The notes below the pieces were generated by a model. The model was given only the letters and a program-made list of their open reading frames with translations, had not been told where the DNA came from and ran no database searches. 64,000 bases of DNA, from the NCBI GenBank assembly GCA_035474135.1, contig DATINP010000184.1, positions 9-64,008 of the forward strand. Direction: 5' to 3'. The DNA comes from Chloroflexia bacterium. GTDB taxonomy: Bacteria > Chloroflexota > Chloroflexia > QHBQ01 > JADMIH01. The position numbers and the translations under genes are program-made. The stretch's first letter is position 1. Each line of letters begins with the position of its first letter. Of this stretch, positions 9,419-19,001 are shown piece by piece.

Positions 9419-11743
9419 TTAGTTACAGGTGTTGAGCACCACATCATCTATGAAGAACGAAGTCTGTAGTGAAACGTCTGTGGTGGTGCGGAACTCCACC
9501 CGCACGGTTTGGCCCGCCCAGGGCAGCAGGTTGAGATTGGTAGTTTGCAACCAGGCGTTGCGTGTGCCTGTGTTGCTCTGGGTCTTGAGCGTGCCGAGGA
9601 GTGTGCCGCTTGTGCTTCTGACCTCGGCATACATATAGTCGTAAGGTGTGCCTGTCCCCTCGGACGAGGTCATATACGACCAGTAACTGAGGCTTGCCGA
9701 CGTGGCCCCCGCGGGTATGGATACGGTTTGATAGACGATATCAACGCCGTTGTTATAGCCTCCCTCGTAGACACTGCGAGCGCCGGTGTGCGGGCGAGTC
9801 GTATCGATTAGCTCATAGCCGCCGGAGGAGCTTTCCGTCCAGGAGGCAGAACCGCTCTCGAAACCGCCATTCGCGATTATGTTAGAGCACCCTCCTGTAG
9901 GAGTATTCGTAGCAGTGGGTGCGATGGGGGTGTTGGTGCGGGTGACGGTGCGCGTAGGGGTGCGGGTCGCGGTCGCGCCTACCGGCGGGGTGTTGGTGCG
10001 GGTAGCAGTGGGTGCGACGGGCGTATTGGTGCGCGTGGCCGTTGCTACTGCCGTGTTAGTTGGTGTAGGTGGAGCGCCGCCGCAGCCGGGGAACTTGAAC
10101 GCACCGATGCGTGTCTGCCAGTTAGCCGTGCCGGTGGTCTGGACGTACTCGGTGGTCATCCAGAAAGTGCAGTCATCGGTGGGGTCTACGGACATCATCG
10201 CATAGTCGCCCCAGCGTGAACCTGTGCCCGTTTGCGAGCCTGACCCCGCGATGAGGGTGTTCTCGCCTTGCGACATCTGTCCAAGCGGGTCTGTGCTCAA
10301 TCGTCCGGTATAGCGTATGGAGGGGGAGGTAGAAGTAGACGAGGCGCTATAGACCATGCCTATATTCCCCTGGCGGTCCATAGCCACGCTGCCCATCCAC
10401 CTCCAGGTGCTGTCAGGCGCGTACGTTCCCTGCTGGTAGATCGTGGGTGAGGAGTTGGGGCTGCGTACTTCATACCAGCGCACGCCCGCGTTGCTGCCCG
10501 CGTTCACCGAGTGATTCAGCACGACAGATTCGTGGTCGCCCAGGTTGCGATAAGCCACACGGTGCATCAGCCTGTCGCCCAGGCCGTCCAGTTTGACCGA
10601 GGTACTCGGTTGGGGCACGCAGCTACGGGTGGTCGTACAGAGGAAGTTGAAGGCCGACGTGGTAAGCGTGGTGGGGCCTGAGAAGCTGGAATTGGAGGGG
10701 GTTGTCCAGTCTACGTGGAACTTGAACTCGTAGAGCCTATTAGTGCCCAACGAGAAGAAGAAGTTGGGTGACCCGCTGGGCGGCTGGGTTGCACCGTCAA
10801 GGTCGGACGGTAGCAGAGTGCCATAGGTGCTGCTCGCGCTGAACGTCTGGAAAGTGGCCGAGAGGCCCTGGAGCATATTGGCGCGGTTGAACACTGTGGC
10901 GGCGCCGCCGTTATAGGTGTTGCCTGTGAAGCGGTTGGTGCCCATGTAGTAGCCGTCGGGCCACACACCTAGCTTGGGATAGTCGTGGAAGACTGTCGTG
11001 CTAAGCTGGAAGAAGTAGCGGTAGTACGAGCCTGTAGGGTCGGGCGACGTGGAGATAGCCACGCACTCGCCATAGGGGCTGGCGGCGGTGAACTGTGAGA
11101 TCAGCCACCTGTCGGCCATCGAGTCGTACAGGGCAACGGGATCACCGTCGTTGCGGGTCTGGCACCCACCACCGAAGCCCGACCAGATGGTGTTGGCGTT
11201 CACCGGGCCATACAGGGTGCCTCCGCTCTTGTTAAAAATCTGGAGCGACAGGTTGACTATCTGCACATAGTGGTTGGGGCCGACATCACCGTTGGTATCG
11301 GGTGGATAGACGCCGTTGCGGTTGCCCACGCCCTCGAAGTTTTGGGCGGGCGATGGCGCCATTAGTTGGCTGCCGAACGTGTATTGAACAGCCGGGTCGG
11401 TCACAGGCGGGAGGTCAACCTTGCCTGCGTTTTCGTTGCCGGGTTCGGTCATTTCGCGTATTGTGTCGGGTTTCTGGTAGGGAACAACCGGGATGTCGCG
11501 CAGGGGCGGCGACACATCGTGCATCGCGTCGGTGCCCACCTCAAAGGGCGGGGTGCTTGACACACCACTGTTCCCGTCTGCCGAGTTGCCTGCCAGGGAG
11601 GCAATTCGTGGTGTGTTGCCCGTTGCGGTTGTCGCGGGAGGTGCCTGTTGGGCGTTGATCCATGCTCCTGCCTGCGCGATAAGGGCTATCAGTAACAGGA
11701 GACCCGCTAGTTTTAGAATGTGGCTGCGATGGACTTTGTTCAT
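9419..11743 (-). CDS. Large secreted protein: uncharacterised beta-rich domain, Pro/Thr linker, C-terminal beta-sandwich (CBM-like)
   Basis: Signal peptide; motifs PPDTNGDVGPNHYVQ, DYPKLGVWPDGYY, RWGDY; TPTNTAVATATRTNTP linker; NGGFESG...TSFFIDDV C-terminal domain. Confidence 0.7.
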   Translation of the reverse strand: MNKVHRSHILKLAGLLLLIALIAQAGAWINAQQAPPATTATGNTPRIASLAGNSADGNSGVSSTPPFEVGTDAMHDVSPPLRDIPVVPYQKPDTIREMTEPGNENAGKVDLPPVTDPAVQYTFGSQLMAPSPAQNFEGVGNRNGVYPPDTNGDVGPNHYVQIVNLSLQIFNKSGGTLYGPVNANTIWSGFGGGCQTRNDGDPVALYDSMADRWLISQFTAASPYGECVAISTSPDPTGSYYRYFFQLSTTVFHDYPKLGVWPDGYYMGTNRFTGNTYNGGAATVFNRANMLQGLSATFQTFSASSTYGTLLPSDLDGATQPPSGSPNFFFSLGTNRLYEFKFHVDWTTPSNSSFSGPTTLTTSAFNFLCTTTRSCVPQPSTSVKLDGLGDRLMHRVAYRNLGDHESVVLNHSVNAGSNAGVRWYEVRSPNSSPTIYQQGTYAPDSTWRWMGSVAMDRQGNIGMVYSASSTSTSPSIRYTGRLSTDPLGQMSQGENTLIAGSGSQTGTGSRWGDYAMMSVDPTDDCTFWMTTEYVQTTGTANWQTRIGAFKFPGCGGAPPTPTNTAVATATRTNTPVAPTATRTNTPPVGATATRTPTRTVTRTNTPIAPTATNTPTGGCSNIIANGGFESGSASWTESSSGGYELIDTTRPHTGARSVYEGGYNNGVDIVYQTVSIPAGATSASLSYWSYMTSSEGTGTPYDYMYAEVRSTSGTLLGTLKTQSNTGTRNAWLQTTNLNLLPWAGQTVRVEFRTTTDVSLQTSFFIDDVVLNTCN

Positions 11744-12167
11744 TCTTCTCTCCTCTTCTCTCCTTTAAGACTTAGCCGAGCTAATGTCCGACTTACCGGC
11801 AAGGCGGCCCTTATGTGTTGGTGTGGTGGTATAAGTAGCTAAAATGGCGTGTGCAAAATAGACAAAGAGACCACAAGCGAAGACGGTTTGCTGGATTTGT
11901 AGTATCCTGGTCGTCCGGTGAGCCTGTGGCCTGTTGACTGGTATAGGTTGTGGTAGAGCGACGTTGCTCCGGTGGGGTGCCTTGCCTGGTATCTCCCTGC
12001 ACCCGGCCCACTGTGCCGGTGAGGAATGTATGAGAGTATATACTTTCCACATGCAAAATACAAGTGTATATTCCCGGTTTCCATGCAATTCCGGGTGGTA
12101 TTTTAGTACTACGCCCATACACTCACACCTACAACCTTCACACAATGCCATTGTTTGACGTTCCTAC

Positions 12168-12238
12168 TATCTTAATGACGTAAGCGGGGCCAAACAGGAC
12201 AGATTTTGCGTAGTCCGTTCGGGTACATTTTCTGACGA
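12168..12238 (+). repeat. 71-bp dispersed element, copy A
   Basis: 60/71 identical (hand alignment) to the reverse complement of 15488-15558. Confidence 0.9.
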
Positions 12239-12275
12239 GGCAGTACGCATGACGCATCATGCAGGTGCCTGTTTT

Positions 12276-12284
12276 TGCTATACT
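12276..12284 (+). promoter_or_regulatory. Extended -10 (TG-C-TATACT) 5 nt before ATG 12290; probable leaderless transcript
   Basis: TGCTATACTTCCGTATG; no SD precedes the ATG. Confidence 0.55.
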
Positions 12285-12289
12285 TCCGT

Positions 12290-13267
12290 ATGGCCCATCG
12301 CGAGGACAACACGGCACAGAACATCGCACTCTTTTACCACCCGGCTTTCTTGCTGCATGATACCGGGCAGCACCCTGAGTGCGCCGATCGATTGCGGGCG
12401 ATCCTCTCGGCCCTTGAGCAGCACGGGTGGACCGAGCGCGATCTCTTGACGCCATCACCTGTGAATCGTGCGGTGCTGGAGAGAGTGCACGATCCTGCGT
12501 ATATTGACACTGTCGAGCAGGTGGCGCAGGCCGGTGGCGGGTATTGGGACCTGGACACCTATATCTCCCCCCATTCGTATGAGGCCGCTATGTTGGCTGT
12601 GGGGGCGGCGGTGGCTGCTGTTGATAGTGTAATGGGCGAGGATGGCCCGCGCACCGCGTTCGCGCTGGTGCGGCCACCGGGGCATCACGCCTTGCAACGG
12701 TCCGCGATGGGCTTTTGCCTGTTCAACAATGTGGCCGTGGCGGCGGATTATGCGGTAGACCACTACGGGTTGAACCGGGTGATGATCGTGGATTGGGACA
12801 TCCACCATGGCAATGGCACCCAGGACGCCTTTTACGACCGCGACGACGTGCTCTTCTTCAGCACCCATCGCTACGCATTCTATCCGGGCACGGGTGCGCG
12901 CAACGAAACGGGCGTAGGCAAGGGAAAGGGCTACACTGTAAACGTGCCACTGCCCGCAGGCGTGGGTGATAAGGAATACAGGCGGATATTCAAGGAGACG
13001 CTGGCTCCGCTGGCGAGGCAGTACCGGCCCGAACTTATTCTGGTGTCGGCAGGCTACGACGCTCACGTGGCCGATCCACTGGGCGATACGCTGGTGAGCA
13101 CGGCAGGCTTCGCCGAGATGGCGGCTATTGTTCGCGGTCTAGCCGAAGAGATTGCCGAGTGCAACGGCAGGGTGGCGGCTGTGCTGGAAGGGGGATATAA
13201 TATCCAGGCACTGGCAGAATCGGTACTCGCTACGATAGATGTGCTGGCGGGGGCCGGTGACCGGTGA
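12290..13267 (+). CDS. Histone deacetylase-family (AcuC/AphA-like) Zn deacetylase
   Basis: RPPGHHA, GFCLFNN, DWDIHHGNGT, SAGYDAH, LEGGY motifs. Confidence 0.95.
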   Translation: MAHREDNTAQNIALFYHPAFLLHDTGQHPECADRLRAILSALEQHGWTERDLLTPSPVNRAVLERVHDPAYIDTVEQVAQAGGGYWDLDTYISPHSYEAAMLAVGAAVAAVDSVMGEDGPRTAFALVRPPGHHALQRSAMGFCLFNNVAVAADYAVDHYGLNRVMIVDWDIHHGNGTQDAFYDRDDVLFFSTHRYAFYPGTGARNETGVGKGKGYTVNVPLPAGVGDKEYRRIFKETLAPLARQYRPELILVSAGYDAHVADPLGDTLVSTAGFAEMAAIVRGLAEEIAECNGRVAAVLEGGYNIQALAESVLATIDVLAGAGDR

Positions 13268-13338
13268 CCGGTGACCAGTGACCGGTGACTAGTATGCTCA
13301 TGTGACACATGACTTACGATCTAAGATCTAAGACTCGA
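13256..13338. repeat. Heptamer arrays (RGTGACY)x5 at 13256-13290 and GACTTAC GATCTAA GATCTAA GACTCGA at 13311-13338
   Basis: Read directly; the deacetylase TGA stop (13265-13267) lies inside a repeat unit. Confidence 0.9.
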
Positions 13339-13358
13339 CTCAATACGGGAGAACAAGC

Positions 13359-14633
13359 ATGGATATGCTCAAGACATCGCGAGATGAGGATAACAGGCGC
13401 CGGGATGAGGCGCAGCTGTACGGATTGCAACAGCAGGTAGATGAACTGCGCAGGCAGCTAAAAGAAAACCTGGCGCGCCAACAGTGGTTTGAGGAACTGT
13501 ACAAGCAAAACGAGGGCAAAGTGTCGCAAGTGCAACTATCACAGGATCGCCTAACGCACGATGTGGCACAATCCATGCACGCGCGGCAGATGGAAGATAC
13601 GCGCGTGAAGGCGCAATTAGCCGACCTGATCCAGAAGGCGGAGTCGCCCGAGAAGCAACTCAAAGACTTACGCGCCCAGCTAAACGCTTTGGCAGAAAGC
13701 CGCAAGACCGACCGCGACGTTGATTCGGCATCTCAGAAGCAGATGGAAGAATTGCAAGGGCAGATACGCGAGATCAACTCGCACATTGGCCAGGTCAGCG
13801 ACTCGCAACGACAACTGCGTGATGTTATACAGGAGCTTGATGCGGCCCTTGGCGAAGTGCGCCAGGAGGCCCTGCATGTATCCGAGCTACAGACTATGGA
13901 GGAACAGCGACTTCGCAGGCACGGTATGGAACTACAGGGCATGTTCGAGGCGCTTCGCCAACAGTTCGGGGACGTATCGGCCAAGTCGCAAAGGGTAGAC
14001 GATGTGCGCCGCCAACTGACGGAACGCGTGGAAGCGGTCGAAGAGCGGTTGGGCACGGTCGTTACCGAAGGAACATCGCAGGCCATCGACCTGGACAGGG
14101 TCGAGAAGATAGCCGGCGAACAATATCTGCTCCAACAGGAGCGGCTGGAAACAGTGCGGGTGCAATTGGAAGCTCAGCTAAGCGAGCAGCGTGGGGTCAA
14201 CGACCAGCGTATGGACAGGATCATGAGCCGCTTCAACGGTATAGACGAGCGCCTGCGGGCGCTGGAACAGGGCCTGTCCGAGCTACCCAGCCGCTTTGAC
14301 GCACTGGAGCGTCGCGGCGACCTGATCGGCGTAGAAGCGGACATGATCGAGGAATGGTTGGTTGGCAGGCAAATCAAGGCGCTGGAGGATATCCTTGAAG
14401 ATGCCCGCGCGCGCCGCTCCGAGCGCGCATCCAATATCGGTGTCACCTCTCGCTCAAAGCCCCAACCTGCACCCGGCTCTGTATTTAACCCGGCAGGTCT
14501 GATCAAGAGCGTGCGAGATGCCAAACCGCCTGTTGCCCAGAGTGATGTCCCTAAAGAGAACCCCAATTTACTTCCGGCGGCTGACGACGATGACAAGCCG
14601 CATGGAAGCGGACGAACAAGAGGGGATAAGTAG
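13359..14633 (+). CDS. Long coiled-coil protein of unknown function
   Basis: Q/E/L/R-rich heptad-like sequence over ~340 aa, low-complexity C-terminal tail, no TM segment; GGGAG upstream. Confidence 0.7.
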   Translation: MDMLKTSRDEDNRRRDEAQLYGLQQQVDELRRQLKENLARQQWFEELYKQNEGKVSQVQLSQDRLTHDVAQSMHARQMEDTRVKAQLADLIQKAESPEKQLKDLRAQLNALAESRKTDRDVDSASQKQMEELQGQIREINSHIGQVSDSQRQLRDVIQELDAALGEVRQEALHVSELQTMEEQRLRRHGMELQGMFEALRQQFGDVSAKSQRVDDVRRQLTERVEAVEERLGTVVTEGTSQAIDLDRVEKIAGEQYLLQQERLETVRVQLEAQLSEQRGVNDQRMDRIMSRFNGIDERLRALEQGLSELPSRFDALERRGDLIGVEADMIEEWLVGRQIKALEDILEDARARRSERASNIGVTSRSKPQPAPGSVFNPAGLIKSVRDAKPPVAQSDVPKENPNLLPAADDDDKPHGSGRTRGDK

Positions 14634-14643
14634 CAGTAGGCTT

Positions 14644-15465
14644 ATGGTCCAGAGCAAGAAGTGGCTGGGGCAGCATTTCCTCCGCGATATGAGCGTGCCG
14701 CCACGTATAGCTGATGCCGCAGGGCTGGAAGCCGGCGATTGCGTGGTCGAGGTGGGGCCGGGCCTGGGTGTGCTGACCGAAGAACTGGCCCGTAGGCTCG
14801 ACCCTCAGCGCGGTAGGTTGGTGGCGGTGGAATTGGATAGTGACCTTCTTCCCAGCCTGCGCGAGCGCTTCGCCAGTCAGCCCCATGTTTCCTTCGTCCA
14901 GGGCGATGTACTTGACATAACTCCAGGAGAATTGAGTGGGGGCCGATCCTACAAGGTGGTGGCGAATCTCCCGTACTACATTACGTCGGCCATATTGCGC
15001 CACTTCCTGGATGCACAGCACAAACCGCAATCGCTGACCGTAATGGTCCAGCTTGAGGTGGCACAGCGCATGGTTGCGAAGCCTCCCGACATGGGGCTGT
15101 TGTCGGTGGCTGTGCAGTTCTACGGCGATCCCAGGATAGCGTTTCGCGTACCGCCCGGGGCGTTCCGCCCGCCACCCAAAGTGGATTCTGCGGTGGTGCA
15201 AATATGGGTTTACGCACCGGATGAGATGCCAGTACAGCCTACGAGCGAAGCGTCATTCTTTCGAGTGGTGCAGGCGGGCTTCAGCCAGAAGCGCAAGCAG
15301 TTGGTAAATACTCTCACCTCCGGGCTGGGGCTGCCCAAAGATGTCGCCCGCCAGATGCTCGAATCGGCAGATATTGCCCCCGACCGCAGAGCAGAAACAC
15401 TTAGCCTGGCAGAGTGGGGAGCGCTGGAGAGGCGAGTCGGACGAGCCGTAGATCTTAGATCATAA
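14644..15465 (+). CDS. rsmA: 16S rRNA adenine dimethyltransferase (KsgA)
   Basis: KKWLGQHFL, VEVGPGLG, VANLPYYIT, FRPPPKVDSAV, RRAETLSL; start moved from 14518 to ATG 14644. Confidence 0.97.
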   Translation: MVQSKKWLGQHFLRDMSVPPRIADAAGLEAGDCVVEVGPGLGVLTEELARRLDPQRGRLVAVELDSDLLPSLRERFASQPHVSFVQGDVLDITPGELSGGRSYKVVANLPYYITSAILRHFLDAQHKPQSLTVMVQLEVAQRMVAKPPDMGLLSVAVQFYGDPRIAFRVPPGAFRPPPKVDSAVVQIWVYAPDEMPVQPTSEASFFRVVQAGFSQKRKQLVNTLTSGLGLPKDVARQMLESADIAPDRRAETLSLAEWGALERRVGRAVDLRS

Positions 15466-15485
15466 GTCACGCGTCATAGATCCTT
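15451..15485. repeat. Mixed heptamer array (GATCTTA GATCATA AGTCACG CGTCATA GATCCTT) over the rsmA stop
   Basis: TC occupies positions 3-4 of five consecutive 7-nt units. Confidence 0.75.
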
Positions 15486-15487
15486 GG

Positions 15488-15558
15488 TCGTCCGAAAATG
15501 TACCCGAACGGGCTACACAAAGCCTGACCCATTCTGCCCTGCTTACGTCATTAAGATA
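15488..15558 (-). repeat. 71-bp dispersed element, copy B
   Basis: Reverse complement is 60/71 identical to copy A and 61/71 to copy C. Confidence 0.9.
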
Positions 15559-15701
15559 TTAGACCACGTATCACGTATCACCTTGTGTTCCAAATCCGAC
15601 CATCAGGCGGGAACTTCTTTGGGCGATTGAACGTCATATAAGAAGCAAAGGCAAATCCGGACGCCTTATCCGAGAAGTTAGTTTTGATGGAGGAACACAA
15701 A

Positions 15702-16484
15702 TTGAAAACCAGAAACAGCAAGACAGTCATAGTAGCCAGCGCAGCCCTTTCGCTAATGCTGGTGCTAGGCTCACTATTTACAGCCTGGCTCGTATCGCGC
15801 ACAGCAGCCCCGGCAGCCGCGCAGACCACGAACCCGCCCGCCCAGACCATCGCGGCCCCGTCGTCACAGATAACGGTCGTCGGTACCGGCAGCGTTAGCG
15901 CGCAACCCGATATCCTGCATATCACCATCGGCGTATCCAAGCAGGAAAGCACTGTGAAAGCCGCGCAGAGTTCGGTAGACGGAGTATCCGCCGCGATGCT
16001 TCAAGCGCTGAAGGATGCGGGTATTGACGAGAAAGACTACTCGACTACCCAATACACCATCGATCCTGTGATGGACTATAACGACCCTAAGAACGGGACC
16101 GGCGTCTTGACCGGCTATCGTGTAACCATCGCCTACGACGTAATCGTGCGCGACCTTTCGAAGGTATCCACTGTGATCGACTCGCTGACCACGGCAGGCG
16201 CGAACACGATCTACGGCACCTACTACACCTTCTCTGACGCCAATGCCGTAGGCAAGCAGGCTTACAGCGACGCTATAAACGATGCCCATGAGCGCGCCGA
16301 GGCCCTGGCTTCTCTCTCGAACCTGACATTGGGCAGGATCGTCAGCGTAAGCGAGTCGGCTGGGCAGGCAGTTCCGCTACCGATGAAGGCAGGCATGGGC
16401 GCCGGTGGCGGCGCGGGCATAGTCCCCGGCCAGCAGACGGTGTCCACCAGCCTGGTGGTTGTATACGAGGCCACCGCGAAATAG
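15702..16484 (+). CDS. SIMPL (DUF541) domain exported protein
   Basis: ITVVGTGSVSAQPD, AHERAEALA, LGRIVSVSE, IVPGQQTVS; TTG 15702 with GGAGG 8 nt upstream preferred over 15684/15687. Confidence 0.88.
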   Translation: MKTRNSKTVIVASAALSLMLVLGSLFTAWLVSRTAAPAAAQTTNPPAQTIAAPSSQITVVGTGSVSAQPDILHITIGVSKQESTVKAAQSSVDGVSAAMLQALKDAGIDEKDYSTTQYTIDPVMDYNDPKNGTGVLTGYRVTIAYDVIVRDLSKVSTVIDSLTTAGANTIYGTYYTFSDANAVGKQAYSDAINDAHERAEALASLSNLTLGRIVSVSESAGQAVPLPMKAGMGAGGGAGIVPGQQTVSTSLVVVYEATAK

Positions 16485-16514
16485 ACTTGGATGTGGGGAT
16501 AGACCCCTCATCTC

Positions 16515-16551
16515 AGCCCCTCTTCCCACTTCGCTGGGAGAGGGGCTTTTT
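16515..16551 (+). terminator. Rho-independent terminator-like hairpin (REP-like CCCCTC...GAGGGG)
   Basis: AGCCCCTCTTCCCA / TGGGAGAGGGGCT followed by a T-run, just after the SIMPL stop. Confidence 0.7.
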
Positions 16552-16680
16552 ATCGGTTAGCGTTGTGGGATACCCCACACCCCCTAACAAGGTTGTGCCC
16601 TATTAACCCTTTTGCTGTGGAACCATATATCCGGGAGAGGTGTATCGAAGTATATTGTATTCATTCTTGCAGGAGCACTA

Positions 16681-17694
16681 ATGATCAGCACTGAAACCGC
16701 GCCGGTCGGGCAACCTACCGGCACCGCCATAGATACGTATGCCATCCCCGGCCATTGGAGCCTTCTCTGGAAAGGATTTCGTAAACACCGGATCGGTATG
16801 ATAGGGTTGATTATCTTCGTCCTTATGATACTGGCGGTCATTTTCGTGCCCATCATCTCTCCAAATCCCTATAACAGGGTAAACCCGGACAGTTCACTCT
16901 GGGCGGCACCCATAGGTACTGTCGACCACTCTAACGGCCACGTATTCCTCCTGGGATCGGACAAGATCGGACGCGATAACCTGACGCTCATATTCCAGGC
17001 CGGACGTATCTCTCTTACAGTGGCGCTCATTCCGACTCTGCTTATCCTCATTATCGGCTTCCTGGTCGGCGCGGCAACAGGCTATTTTGGGGGGTGGCTC
17101 GACTCGATAGTCATGCGTATCGCAGACTTCCTGCTGGGTATCCCGATCTTACCTGCTTATATCATCGTAATCAGGCTCATACGCGACACGTCCACAGGCC
17201 CACACTTTGCCGAAGACTGGGGGGCTGCATTCGCTACTATAATAATCGCCTTTGTTCTGTTCGGATGGATGGGTATCAGCCGCATGGTGCGGGGTCTTGT
17301 TTTGTCGTTGCGCTCCCAGCCTTTCATAGAGGCGGCGCAAGCTCTTGGTGCTGGCGCACCTCGTATCATTTTTCGGCATTTGCTGCCAAACACCATGGTG
17401 CCTTTGCTGGTAGCAGGCATGTTCGCCGTGGGCGATTTCATCATTATGGAAGCTATGCTCGCCTATTTCGGCCTCGGCATCCGCGACACCTTGCAGCCGA
17501 CTATTGTTACCTGGGGCAATCTACTAACATCGGGTCAGGACCAGGTCTGGTTCATGACCAATCTCAACCCATTTGAGCAAATACGGGGCTACCTGGTGCT
17601 CTTCCCCAGCGCCCTCCTCTTGATCACGGTGTTGTCCATCAACTTTATTGGTGAAGGTTTGCGTGACGTACTTGACCCTCGCCGCCACTCTTGA
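16681..17694 (+). CDS. Peptide/nickel ABC transporter permease (OppC/DppC type)
   Basis: LLGSDKIGRD, FIEAAQALGAG...IIFRHLLPN EAA loop, LGLGI...TWG; AGGAG before ATG 16681. Confidence 0.92.
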   Translation: MISTETAPVGQPTGTAIDTYAIPGHWSLLWKGFRKHRIGMIGLIIFVLMILAVIFVPIISPNPYNRVNPDSSLWAAPIGTVDHSNGHVFLLGSDKIGRDNLTLIFQAGRISLTVALIPTLLILIIGFLVGAATGYFGGWLDSIVMRIADFLLGIPILPAYIIVIRLIRDTSTGPHFAEDWGAAFATIIIAFVLFGWMGISRMVRGLVLSLRSQPFIEAAQALGAGAPRIIFRHLLPNTMVPLLVAGMFAVGDFIIMEAMLAYFGLGIRDTLQPTIVTWGNLLTSGQDQVWFMTNLNPFEQIRGYLVLFPSALLLITVLSINFIGEGLRDVLDPRRHS

Positions 17695-17738
17695 AAATGC
17701 AACACAAACGATAGACCAAGCCTGAAGGAACTTAGCTC

Positions 17739-18962
17739 ATGACCACTTATCTAATACGCCGCATCCTGCAAAGCATCATCTTCCTGCCTTTAGCCAGCCT
17801 TTTGATATATACGTTGCTCGTGATGTGGATGCCTAGCGGCCCTCAATCGCAGTACAACGCTGAAAAAGTAATACTCGACCGTGCGGCGCAGGACGTCACT
17901 CCCATGCCTGAACTCGCGCCGACCCGTGCAGATTTTGCTGACCTGGAAGAGCGTTATAAGCTGAATAATCCGTGGCCACTCAATTTTTTCGTGTGGCTGT
18001 TCGACCCGAACGATACGACCTTGAAAGGCTATAACATCAAGGGACAACCGATTGTGATCCAGAAGGGCATAAATATCAGCCTGGGTAGCCTCAGCTTGCG
18101 TGGTTCAGGAATGCTCACCGGCGATTTTGGCACCTCTACAGCTTATGCGACCGGAACGCCTATCGCCACTATACTCGCGAGCCGGTGGGGCGGTACGTTA
18201 GTTTTGTTGTCGGCTTCTTTCCTTATCGCACTGCTGATTGGGATACCGCTCGGGGTGGTCGGGGCAGTTAGACAGAGAAGCCCCCTGGACCACACCATCA
18301 CCTTCTTTTCTCTTGCAGGGCTTTCTGTACCGTCTTATGTGATTGGCCTCTTGTTTATTATGTTCCTTGCCATCTTGCCCAAAGCTCTCCACGACCAGAA
18401 TGGCTGGGATTGGCTGCCATGGTTACCCGCCGGGGGGATGGGCGACGATGACCTGTGGAGCCGCGTCACTCACCTTGCGCTACCTGCCACTACGCTTGCG
18501 CTGCCCCAGCTAGCATGGATCTCGAGGCACACGCGATTTGCGTTGCTGGATGTGCTCAGCCAGGACTATATCCGCACGGCATGGGCCAAGGGGCTGCGCT
18601 CCTACAAAGTAATCTTCAAGCACGCGCTACGCAACAGCCTGATCCCTTTGATCACGCAGTTGGCCCTGCTCGTACCGGTGCTAATGTCAGGGGCCATCGT
18701 GGTCGAAACCGTCTTCGCCCTGCAGGGTGTGGGCAAGGCCTTCTTTCGTTCGATAGGGGGATGCCTGATAACCTATAACTCTTTATTGAGCGACCCCGCG
18801 CCCTGCCCTCTCATTGGCTACTTTCCTATCGACTACCCGCTCGCGCTGACGCTTTTGCTGATAATGCTGGTCATAGTGGCTGTCGCAAACGTAGTGGCTG
18901 ATATGTTGTACTCGATAGTGGACCCCAGGATCAACTACGAATCAAAAGGCAGGACCATGTAG
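17739..18962 (+). CDS. Peptide/nickel ABC transporter permease (OppB/DppB type)
   Basis: YLIRRILQ, GDFGTS, DYIRTAWAKGL...KHALRN EAA loop, ADMLYSIVDPRI. Confidence 0.92.
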   Translation: MTTYLIRRILQSIIFLPLASLLIYTLLVMWMPSGPQSQYNAEKVILDRAAQDVTPMPELAPTRADFADLEERYKLNNPWPLNFFVWLFDPNDTTLKGYNIKGQPIVIQKGINISLGSLSLRGSGMLTGDFGTSTAYATGTPIATILASRWGGTLVLLSASFLIALLIGIPLGVVGAVRQRSPLDHTITFFSLAGLSVPSYVIGLLFIMFLAILPKALHDQNGWDWLPWLPAGGMGDDDLWSRVTHLALPATTLALPQLAWISRHTRFALLDVLSQDYIRTAWAKGLRSYKVIFKHALRNSLIPLITQLALLVPVLMSGAIVVETVFALQGVGKAFFRSIGGCLITYNSLLSDPAPCPLIGYFPIDYPLALTLLLIMLVIVAVANVVADMLYSIVDPRINYESKGRTM

Positions 18963-19001
18963 TTGGTCCTGCCCACGTTGTCGGTTCGAGGTTGGATCGG
19001 G

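Noticed and set aside
11765-12151. 128-aa ORF in the long intergenic region
   Set aside because: No SD, no motif, atypical composition; more likely the upstream regulatory region of the 774-aa gene.
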